A stretch of DNA of 16,047 nucleotides, taken from contig SUPR01000079.1 in the NCBI GenBank assembly GCA_005191425.1, forward strand, positions 1 through 16,047, in the 5' to 3' direction. This DNA is from Candidatus Helarchaeota ASGARD archaeon Hel_GB_B. GTDB lineage: Archaea > Asgardarchaeota > Lokiarchaeia > Helarchaeales > HEL-GB-B. The notes under the pieces were generated by a model, which was given only the letters and a program-made list of their open reading frames with translations, ran no database searches and was not told the origin of the DNA. Both the position numbers and the translations under genes were made by a program. Positions 8,921 to 16,047 of this stretch are shown one piece after another. Positions within the stretch are counted from its first letter, which is position 1; each line of letters opens with the position of its first letter.

Positions 8921-9619
8921 CTATTCATTTAAGTATTTTATCACAGCTTTACACATATCTTCCAAAACTTCTTTTGGTTTATTTGTATTTGCAAATGCAC
9001 TAGCGATTAATGCACCTTTTGCACCTAATTTCAATGAAGCATAAACGTCATCACCATTTGAAATTCCAGCTCCAGTTAGTGGGATGACGGAATTATTTAC
9101 TTTTTCAATCTGTTTGACGCTTTCAATTACTTTATCTGGGGAAAAAGTAGAAATAGATTTTCCAGTACCAATTAATTCTGGTATTTCAAAAGCAATATAT
9201 TCTGGAGAGATTTTAGCTAATTCTTTTGCTTTTTTCACCGTTTCAGCGCAAATACAAGCTACTAAATTGTGCATTTTTAACCTTTCATATGTCTTTTCTA
9301 TAATATCGTATGGGATCTTGTATTCTGCGTGGTTCAATAAAGTGCCAATAGCACCTGCTTCTTTTATTGATTCAATTATAATATGTCCAGTCGATTTACC
9401 GGGTTCGTTTGGGTCAACATGTTGCGCAAAAATTTTTACTTGGTCTACCACTTGAGAAATTCTATGAATATCAGTAAATTGTGGCGCAATAACTATCTCA
9501 ACATTATATTCTTTTGCTAATTGATCAGCAATTTTTGAAATTTTTAATGCCTTATTGCCTGTTGCTAATTCATAAGTTTTATAATTTAAGATCAAGACAG
9601 GCACACTTATATCGACCAT
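8921..9619 (-). CDS. tpiA: Triosephosphate isomerase, archaeal short type
   Basis: LNYKTY (catalytic Lys), AQHVDP..GKSTG, GTLLNHAE (His), FEIPELIGTG (Glu, loop 6), GAGIS, GALIASA. Start likely ATG 9619, with the GTGA at 9625-9628 acting as RBS. Confidence 0.97.
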   Translation of the reverse strand: MVDISVPVLILNYKTYELATGNKALKISKIADQLAKEYNVEIVIAPQFTDIHRISQVVDQVKIFAQHVDPNEPGKSTGHIIIESIKEAGAIGTLLNHAEYKIPYDIIEKTYERLKMHNLVACICAETVKKAKELAKISPEYIAFEIPELIGTGKSISTFSPDKVIESVKQIEKVNNSVIPLTGAGISNGDDVYASLKLGAKGALIASAFANTNKPKEVLEDMCKAVIKYLNE

Positions 9620-10258
9620 ATTAATCACATTTATTTATTAAATTTTAAGTTATATACCATACTTTACTGTTTTTTATTTATTATGCCCTAACTTTTTAAT
9701 TTTTTTTAAAATGGATGGTAATCTTACATTTTTTTATTAATTATATATAATTTTTGATTTTACATTTTTTATCGAATTTTGGAGATCTTCAAAATTATTT
9801 TCCAAAATAAATAAGGGATTTTTATTTTAATTTCTATTTAAAGAAGTTATTTCAAATTATCTTATCTGGTTTTTATGATACTATAAAATTAAAATCCCAT
9901 TTTTCGTTAATATATTCAGATCAATTTTCTCCCAAATAATAATTTGAAAAAAATCTAAAAAGATCTAATTGTCCAAGCGTTATGTTAGACAGATCATACA
10001 AAAATTTTGGATTTATAATCCATAAAAGTAATGTAAAAATTAATTATTATATTTAAAATATATTAATTTAATGTCAAAATAATCAATTAATAGAAATCTA
10101 AGTTGGATATTTTATGATCTTATTTAAATCGTTTAGTTCTACTGGTATTTTTACCAAATATCATAATAATAACTATAATATAATTCCATATCAAAATTTG
10201 AGAGTTTTAATTGTTAAATTCTCATATGAAACATAAAACCACTTTCGACAAAAATTTA

Positions 10259-10272
10259 GAAAGATTTTATAA
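10259..10272 (+). promoter_or_regulatory. Candidate upstream BRE/TATA for the histone gene
   Basis: GAAAGA-TTTTATAA. Confidence 0.35.
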
Positions 10273-10307
10273 TATTTGTAAATAACAACTAAGTAATCGA
10301 TTATAAA

Positions 10308-10323
10308 CCGAAGCATTTAAATA
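10308..10323 (+). promoter_or_regulatory. BRE + TATA promoter of the histone gene
   Basis: CCGAAGCA-TTTAAATA closely matches the archaeal BRE/TATA layout; implies a start site near 10346 and a ~70-nt leader. Confidence 0.55.
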
Positions 10324-10406
10324 GTCTATTGGGATGAAAATAAATTATAGCAAAAACATTTTGTTATACCAAAAAAAATTAGGTCACAAAAATAATTTAA
10401 TTAATT

Positions 10407-10411
10407 GAGGT
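10407..10411 (+). promoter_or_regulatory. Shine-Dalgarno GAGGT for the histone gene
   Basis: GAGGT 8 nt upstream of ATG 10420. Confidence 0.65.
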
Positions 10412-10419
10412 TATGAAAT

Positions 10420-10638
10420 ATGGCTAAAGCACCTAAAGTAATTACTAAAACTGCTTTAAGGCGATTAATGAAACAAGAAGCTGATGCAAACATTGTTGCA
10501 GCTGATGCAGTCTTAACATTAATGGATTATTTACAAGATTTAGCTGTTGACATCACAAAGAAAGCACTTGAATTAGCAAAACATGCTAAACGAAAAACAA
10601 TTACTAAATCAGATGTAAAACTCGCTATTAAAGCATAA
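10420..10638 (+). CDS. Archaeal histone (single histone fold, 72 aa)
   Basis: ALRRLMK (alpha1), long alpha2, HAKRKTITKSDVKLAI (L2/alpha3 with the HMfB H49, R52, T54, D59 equivalents). Narrow codon usage (AAA, GCT/GCA, TTA) and a strong RBS. Confidence 0.96.
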   Translation: MAKAPKVITKTALRRLMKQEADANIVAADAVLTLMDYLQDLAVDITKKALELAKHAKRKTITKSDVKLAIKA

Positions 10639-10647
10639 AATAATAAA

Positions 10648-10695
10648 TTTCTTTTTATTTTTTTATATTTTTCTTATTATAATTTTATTTTATTT
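10648..10695 (+). terminator. T-rich archaeal-type terminator region after the histone gene
   Basis: Several oligo-T tracts (TTTCTTTTTATTTTTTTATATTTTTCTT) starting about 10 nt after the stop, in a convergent intergenic gap. Confidence 0.5.
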
Positions 10696-10753
10696 GATAT
10701 AGGTCTTCTATTTTAAATTACTTTTTTAAAATATCGAATTAAACAGAATCATT

Positions 10754-13273
10754 TTATTTTATATCCAATTTAAAACCATTAATTAATATTTTTCTGTCCT
10801 TTTTACCGATAGACTTACCATTTAAAATTATTTTATAATTGGGTTCAACTGGTGCTCTGCCTTTGATAAGAACATATGTTTTACCAGAGATAATTTTAAA
10901 ATCAATGTTTAATTGAGTTTTATCAAATTTATACTCGAGGATCAGGACGCCGTCTATACCAAAAATAGTTTTTCTTTCAAAATCAATAAAAATGTCGCCA
11001 AAATGCTTTTTTACATATGCTGTAGTTGATATTGATGTTCCTACACCCCAGTCAAGCATTACATATCCTGGCACTCGGAAATCATGCCCCGAGTGTCCGT
11101 AATTTTCTAATATACATCCTTTATCTACACCATCAATTGTGTTGATACCTTTAATATTACCTGGACACTGTTCCTTATATTCTTTTAGGAGTTGCATTGC
11201 CCAACTTGCTCTTAATGCAGCTATTCCGCGTTCCATATATTCGATTTTACCAGTTTCTAAGTAATATTCCAAAAAAATTCTAACAAATAAAGCTTGGCGA
11301 GCATCAGATAGTTCTGCATCTTCGTTTTGTGAACCAAATCCACCAAATGTATTAAAACTGATGTATGGCATGTCCCATATTTGTTGAAAAAGAGATAAGA
11401 CACCCAATACCCGTTCACCTAAATCTAAGAATTTTTTATTTTTTGTAAACCTAAAAAGAGAAATTAGTCCGGCAGCATTCCAATATATACAAAGAGTATT
11501 CATTGGATGACTTTTAGTGTTATAATCATAGAAATCAAAAGGCAAATGTGTACATGAAAAAAATATTTCAAAATCATGCCATTTATCTTCATGAATTATT
11601 TTTTTTTCTAAATAATATGCAATTTTCTTAGCAATAACAATACATCTTGGGTCATTAGTTACTTTGTAATACTCCATAATAAACATTAATGGCGCACCAG
11701 AACTGGCTGAATCTATTAATAAGTCCTTAATTATCGGAGTTTTATTGTCCTCTTGAAAATTTATATAAGCAGGTATTGCACCGTTTGATAATTGTATATC
11801 TTCTAACAAATCCATTAATTCAGCTGATTTTATTATAATTTCCTGATTTTGTTCAAAATCTTGATAATATTTAAGCGCCCAATACATTGTCAAGCAAGTG
11901 TCAACTAAATGAAAGTCATTTGAAGGAATAAAAGCTTTTAGTCCATTAATTGTAATTATATTATTATCATATTCTTGAGGAGGAAAAATTACACTCGGAA
12001 ATACGCCTTTAATTCTTGTGAGATTAAGTACAGTATTTAATATTTGAGTCCCTTTTTTTATTAAATCTTTATCATCCCAAAATTCACCAAAATATCGGAA
12101 ACCATATCCACTCCTAATATTTAAAAACCATGCATTATTCCAAATTTCTGCAGTACGCTTTATAATTGGAAAATTTCTAGTTAATTTATCAAAAAGTTTG
12201 GTCCAGAATAAACTGTTTGAAAAATGCATAACAATTTTACCCCAAATTGATTCTTGGCTAGCAATTTGACTGACATTTTCACCGCGATGCTTTTCTATGT
12301 TCTTATGAGTTATAAATTTATATTTTCTTTTACTTTTTCCTAACCAGCTATTTTGAAAAAAGCCACCGCAATCTTGCGTATTTATTTTAAAATCAGTCCA
12401 ACATTTATGGCGATCCAATATAGCAGCTATTCCTTCTTTTACATTAATATCAAATGGAACTACTTGTGGAACAAAATCGTCATATAATAAATTTTTACCA
12501 TATTTATTCCACAAGAACGTATTAATTTTTTTTAGTAATTCTAAAATGGATTTAACTTTAAAAACTAAAATATAATATCCAAAAGTTAATATATGCTTGG
12601 ATTTAATTTTTATCGTTTTATTAGGGTTATGTTTAAATAGAATATGAGAAACAGGCTTATAATTTCCAAAGCCATAATAAAAGTATGGTTCATTATCAAC
12701 ATTAGGACATAAATTGAAGTCCATAATTGATTGAACGGGTCTATAATTTCCTAATAACTTTAAATCAGGTACCATTATAATTGAAATATCATTTTTGTTG
12801 TAAATTATTACAGGCGATCTAAATACATGATCTGGGATAATATGTTCCATTTTAGGCCTTAAATGCGGCACCCAAGTAAAATCCGGATTTTTCCCCATTA
12901 ATATCTTGTATTTTGCAATTAAACTAGAAAATCTAAATTTTTTTTTAAAATTTATTTCATATTCAAAGTGTAAGTGTTCATTTAAATTAATTTTTAAATC
13001 AATTGAAATATCAGGGTTATCTGAAGTATAAATTAATTCAGAATTAGTCTTCTTTAATAATCTTAACTGTTTTGATATACTTTTTTTGCCTTTATTAAAA
13101 ATCAGTGTATTAAATCCGTCAATATTCTTTAACCCAGGAATCCATTTAGACTCGCTAAATATGTCGATTTGTTGATTATTTATTCCATTATGAGACTCAA
13201 TAGTTAATCTTATAATTCCATTATTTAATTCATCTTTAGATATTTTTAGCACCTCTTTTTGAACTTTTAACAT
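10754..13273 (-). CDS. Large hypothetical protein (839 aa), probable beta-rich N-terminal region plus alpha/alpha-toroid (six-hairpin-glycosidase-like) catalytic domain
   Basis: Uninterrupted 839-codon ORF in AT-rich DNA. C-terminal half has repeated amphipathic helix pairs with aromatic-rich loops (AYYLEKKII..KWHDFEIFFSC; YWNAAGLISLFRFTKNKKFLDLGERVL; YYLETGKIEYMERGIAALRASW; ENYGH). The ORF is certain; the fold assignment is inference. Confidence 0.75.
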   Translation of the reverse strand: MLKVQKEVLKISKDELNNGIIRLTIESHNGINNQQIDIFSESKWIPGLKNIDGFNTLIFNKGKKSISKQLRLLKKTNSELIYTSDNPDISIDLKINLNEHLHFEYEINFKKKFRFSSLIAKYKILMGKNPDFTWVPHLRPKMEHIIPDHVFRSPVIIYNKNDISIIMVPDLKLLGNYRPVQSIMDFNLCPNVDNEPYFYYGFGNYKPVSHILFKHNPNKTIKIKSKHILTFGYYILVFKVKSILELLKKINTFLWNKYGKNLLYDDFVPQVVPFDINVKEGIAAILDRHKCWTDFKINTQDCGGFFQNSWLGKSKRKYKFITHKNIEKHRGENVSQIASQESIWGKIVMHFSNSLFWTKLFDKLTRNFPIIKRTAEIWNNAWFLNIRSGYGFRYFGEFWDDKDLIKKGTQILNTVLNLTRIKGVFPSVIFPPQEYDNNIITINGLKAFIPSNDFHLVDTCLTMYWALKYYQDFEQNQEIIIKSAELMDLLEDIQLSNGAIPAYINFQEDNKTPIIKDLLIDSASSGAPLMFIMEYYKVTNDPRCIVIAKKIAYYLEKKIIHEDKWHDFEIFFSCTHLPFDFYDYNTKSHPMNTLCIYWNAAGLISLFRFTKNKKFLDLGERVLGVLSLFQQIWDMPYISFNTFGGFGSQNEDAELSDARQALFVRIFLEYYLETGKIEYMERGIAALRASWAMQLLKEYKEQCPGNIKGINTIDGVDKGCILENYGHSGHDFRVPGYVMLDWGVGTSISTTAYVKKHFGDIFIDFERKTIFGIDGVLILEYKFDKTQLNIDFKIISGKTYVLIKGRAPVEPNYKIILNGKSIGKKDRKILINGFKLDIK

Positions 13274-13396
13274 CTCTTATATGGTGCACTAATTTCCGAT
13301 TTAACGTTTTAATATTTTATTTTTAAGGGATTTAATTATAAATATAAATACAGTAAATAAAAAGGTCTTGGCGTAATTAGATAAAGCCCAGTATGA

Positions 13397-13975
13397 TTAA
13401 TGGGAAAAATTTAACACAATTCCGCGGTTTAAACCATAATAATGAAATAATTCAAATTCTCTTTTCCATGTTAATCTAAATCCACAAGATTCAATCTCAT
13501 TAATTATATCTTTTACATCGAGATCTGCAAGATTCCACATAGGCCAATCATTTTTATGGTGCTTGGGATAAACAAAGTAATTTCCATCAGGTTTTAAGAT
13601 CTTATTTATTTCTTTATAAAGAGAAATTCTTTCTTTTTTATCTAAATAATGAAGAATATCAAAAGTAAGAAGACAATCAACAGTTTTTTCCTCAATTGAG
13701 GGAATTCTTAATGACCCATTATTATTTATAGTTATTATATTCCTAAATTTGTCTAGTCCTAATTTCATAGATTCCTTTTTCAAGTCATTTAAAGTAGATT
13801 CAGAATTATCTATTGCATACACCTTGCCCTCAGACCCTACTATTTGTGCAATTGGAAAAGTATAGTGCCCCTCATTACAGCCAAAATCTACCACAATATT
13901 ACCTTTTTTTATTCCAATTGAAGAGATAAATTTAGGCCCCAATTCAAAAATCCATTTCTGTGTAGAATCATACAT
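13397..13975 (-). CDS. Class I SAM-dependent methyltransferase
   Basis: Motif I VVDFGCNEG, VYAID, VDCLLTFDILHY, INKILKPDG. Confidence 0.9.
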   Translation of the reverse strand: MYDSTQKWIFELGPKFISSIGIKKGNIVVDFGCNEGHYTFPIAQIVGSEGKVYAIDNSESTLNDLKKESMKLGLDKFRNIITINNNGSLRIPSIEEKTVDCLLTFDILHYLDKKERISLYKEINKILKPDGNYFVYPKHHKNDWPMWNLADLDVKDIINEIESCGFRLTWKREFELFHYYGLNRGIVLNFSH

Positions 13976-14097
13976 TGAATTTCCCTGTGTTTAAAAGGAT
14001 TCAAATTTACAAGTCATTTTTTCTTTTTTAAACTAAAAAGATTATAGGAGATTTTTGATCTGTTTGAATTGCATTAAGTTATATTAAAAATTTATAA

Positions 14098-15048
14098 TCA
14101 TTCGTTCAATATTAAATTTTCAATTCCTAAAATTGTATTTTGTTCGAGAATAGCAGATTTAAAAAAGCGTCTACATAATTTAGGACGAATAAATTGTGTT
14201 ATTTTATTTTTTAGGAAAGATAAATTTTGTATTTTTTCAGGGTATACTTTTTTTAATAAAAGATAATATTCAATCAGAATTTTTTTATAGAGATTTTTAG
14301 AGCACTTCAACGATTTGTGATTACGAAAATAATAATTAATTTCATAAAAAATCCTTGGATAACCTATAGCAGCCCTTCCAATCATTAAAAGGTCGCATTT
14401 CGTATATTTTTTCATTAATTCAGCTGTTGGGCCATCAATAATATCGCCATTTCCAATTATTGGTATGTCAATGTTTTCTTTGACATATTTTATGATATCT
14501 AAGTTAGATTTTCCCGAATATCCAGCTTCAACTGTCCGTCCATGAATTGTGAGGAAGTCCGCACCAGATTTTTCAATAGTTTTAGCAACTTCTAATGCAT
14601 TTATAGAATATCTGTCAAACCCAATCCTGATTTTAGCAGACACAAATTTATTTGTAGACTGCACCATTTTATTAATAATAGCCCCAATTTTTGCAGGAGT
14701 TCTAAGAAGCGACCCGCCAATATTATTCTTTATAGAATTAGGAGAATTACAACCCAAATTTAAATCATAACCATCATAATCGAAGGATTCGAGCAACTCA
14801 ATTGCCCTACTAATTTTTTGTGGATCGTTTCCGATAAGTTGTATAAAAATAGGGTGTTCATTTTTGTAAGTTTTGAGTTCATCCTCGAATTTTTGAAATT
14901 TGTTAATTAATGCATTAACATTATATTTTTGAGTAAAAAGAAGACTGGCATTGTATTTTCGGCATAATAATAAAAATGCATGGTCATTAAAGTCGGTAAG
15001 AGGAGCAAGAATAGTCTCATTTACTAAGTTTAATTTTTTAATGCTCAT
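14098..15048 (-). CDS. dus: tRNA-dihydrouridine synthase (Dus)-family FMN TIM-barrel protein, divergent
   Basis: ILAPL, QLIGNDP, DLNLGC (catalytic Cys), GGSLL, SAKIRIG, TIHGRT, IIGNGDI, LMIGRAAIG; C-terminal helical domain. Confidence 0.88.
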   Translation of the reverse strand: MSIKKLNLVNETILAPLTDFNDHAFLLLCRKYNASLLFTQKYNVNALINKFQKFEDELKTYKNEHPIFIQLIGNDPQKISRAIELLESFDYDGYDLNLGCNSPNSIKNNIGGSLLRTPAKIGAIINKMVQSTNKFVSAKIRIGFDRYSINALEVAKTIEKSGADFLTIHGRTVEAGYSGKSNLDIIKYVKENIDIPIIGNGDIIDGPTAELMKKYTKCDLLMIGRAAIGYPRIFYEINYYFRNHKSLKCSKNLYKKILIEYYLLLKKVYPEKIQNLSFLKNKITQFIRPKLCRRFFKSAILEQNTILGIENLILNE

Positions 15049-15204
15049 TTTAATTGATAATTTTTGTTTTATAGATTATTTTTAATTTTAATATAAAAAT
15101 ACATAATCAATTGCGATTAAGTTTTTAAAGTTATAAACAATTTTATACAATATATATATAATATTTTTTAAATATGACTTTATTTGATAAACGAGGGTTA
15201 TCTT

Positions 15205-16047
15205 ATGAATGATGAAAACAAATTATATGATTGTTGCTGTTTAGGAAGCTCGGTAAATGATTTAATTATCCGTACTTCAGCATTAAAACAGATGACATTA
15301 GAATCAGAAATTGATAGTGCAAGTTATCTTTGTGTACCTTACTCATATAAGATCCCAATAGAACGGATCAAGAGTGTTAGTGGTGGTTCAGCTTTAAATA
15401 CTGCGTGTACATTAAGTAAGCTTGGACTAAAGGTCGTTGCATTATCAAAAGTCGGTAATGACCAATATGGAGAGAAACAAATTAATACTTTAAAGCGCTT
15501 TAATGTAGACACGTCCGGAATAATTAAAACAGATGAAAAAGAAACCGGTATTAGTATTATTCTAAGTCCAACATGGGGACATAGAGACAGGTCAATTTTA
15601 GTTTATCATGGAGCAGCAGATACTCTTTCACCAGAAGAAATTAATGACGATAAGATAAAAGGAATTATTGAATCATCTAAATGGCTTGATATTACATCTT
15701 TCACTTCGGACATCTCATTAAAAGCAATTGAAACAGCATGTGGTATCGCTCATGATGCTAATACTAAATTGATGATTGCTCCGTCAATAACTATGATGAG
15801 TTTTTCTAAGGAAAAAACACTATCATTAATGAAAAAAAGTGATTATTTAGCAATGAATAAGGATGAGGGAATTTATTTATTTCATAAAAATAAAAGTTAT
15901 GAATTACTAAACTTGATCTATGATATGGTAGATAAAAACAATAACATTTTGCACGATGATATGGTAATCTCAATTACTGATGGCAGACATGGAAGTTATG
16001 CAAGACATAAGGAAGAGGTATATTACTGTGAAACATTTAAAGTTGAT
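15205..16047 (+). CDS. PfkB/ribokinase-family carbohydrate or nucleoside kinase, 3'-truncated (not in the ORF track)
   Basis: Own translation: ATG 15205 with GAGGGT RBS at 15193-15198, open for 281 codons to the window end. MNDENKLYDCCCLGSSVND...SGGSALNTACTLSKLGLKVVALSKVGNDQYG...GISII...RSILVYHGAA...AMNKDEG...ITDGRHGS contains PfkB signature 1 plus the NxxE and TxGxxG motifs. Confidence 0.93.
   Translation, partial: MNDENKLYDCCCLGSSVNDLIIRTSALKQMTLESEIDSASYLCVPYSYKIPIERIKSVSGGSALNTACTLSKLGLKVVALSKVGNDQYGEKQINTLKRFNVDTSGIIKTDEKETGISIILSPTWGHRDRSILVYHGAADTLSPEEINDDKIKGIIESSKWLDITSFTSDISLKAIETACGIAHDANTKLMIAPSITMMSFSKEKTLSLMKKSDYLAMNKDEGIYLFHKNKSYELLNLIYDMVDKNNNILHDDMVISITDGRHGSYARHKEEVYYCETFKVD

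Noticed and set aside
1391-9455. Remaining short ORFs: 1391..1624, 1918..2178, 5209..5391, 5837..6139, 6747..6989, 7908..8132, 8172..8444, 8463..8654, 9084..9455
   Set aside because: All overlap recognised genes, mostly on the opposite strand, and show composition typical of shadow frames.
9921-10043. About 40-codon open stretch on the minus strand with weak LRR-like LDL words
   Set aside because: No ATG or RBS, length expected by chance, and the similarity is too weak to call a pseudogene.
9629-10419. Replication origin in the long AT-rich gap
   Set aside because: No ORB or mini-ORB elements with G-strings were recognised and there is no adjacent cdc6/orc1 or whip gene. The ORB-like TTCCAGTGG at about 5190 is inside the cdc48 coding sequence.
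10413-10427. Overlapping mini-ORF ATG AAA TAT GGC TAA (MKYG) at the histone start
   Set aside because: Its ATG is only 1 nt from the SD, too close for initiation; likely coincidental.
14549-14770. 73-aa plus-strand ORF
   Set aside because: Antisense to dus, with no RBS or motif.
1-16047. CRISPR arrays, tRNA/rRNA genes, IS elements and DNA tandem repeats
   Set aside because: No regularly spaced direct repeats, GC-rich cloverleaf or rRNA segments, transposases or terminal inverted repeats were seen by eye.

Overview
AT-rich archaeal chromosomal window. An archaeal histone, archaeal-type TpiA, CDC48/VCP, DUF2116 and a PUA + PP-loop enzyme, together with BRE/TATA promoters and GGTGA/GAGG ribosome-binding sites, establish the domain. 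Gene content and low GC are compatible with an Asgard (Loki/Hel-like) lineage, which is inference only. There are 14 well-supported CDSs: a 5'-truncated PUA/PAPS-reductase-family enzyme, gamma-carbonic-anhydrase-like protein, PRC-barrel protein, HAD hydrolase, Cdc48, double-zinc-ribbon protein, Old Yellow Enzyme-family flavoprotein, DUF2116 protein, DUF89 phosphatase, TpiA, histone, an 839-aa orphan, SAM methyltransferase and a Dus-like flavoprotein. A 15th, a 3'-truncated PfkB kinase, is absent from the ORF track. I found no rRNA, tRNA, CRISPR array or mobile element, and no clear multi-gene novel system; the region looks mostly like housekeeping genes. The best leads are: (i) a histone with H4-like signatures but substitutions at the L1 stacking Gly and the DNA-binding Arg, downstream of a ~0.8 kb palindrome-rich non-coding region; (ii) a PUA/PP-loop enzyme with only three of the four Fe-S cysteines; (iii) an uncharacterised 839-aa probable alpha/alpha-toroid enzyme; (iv) a Cdc48 lacking the HbYX tail; (v) a divergent Dus.
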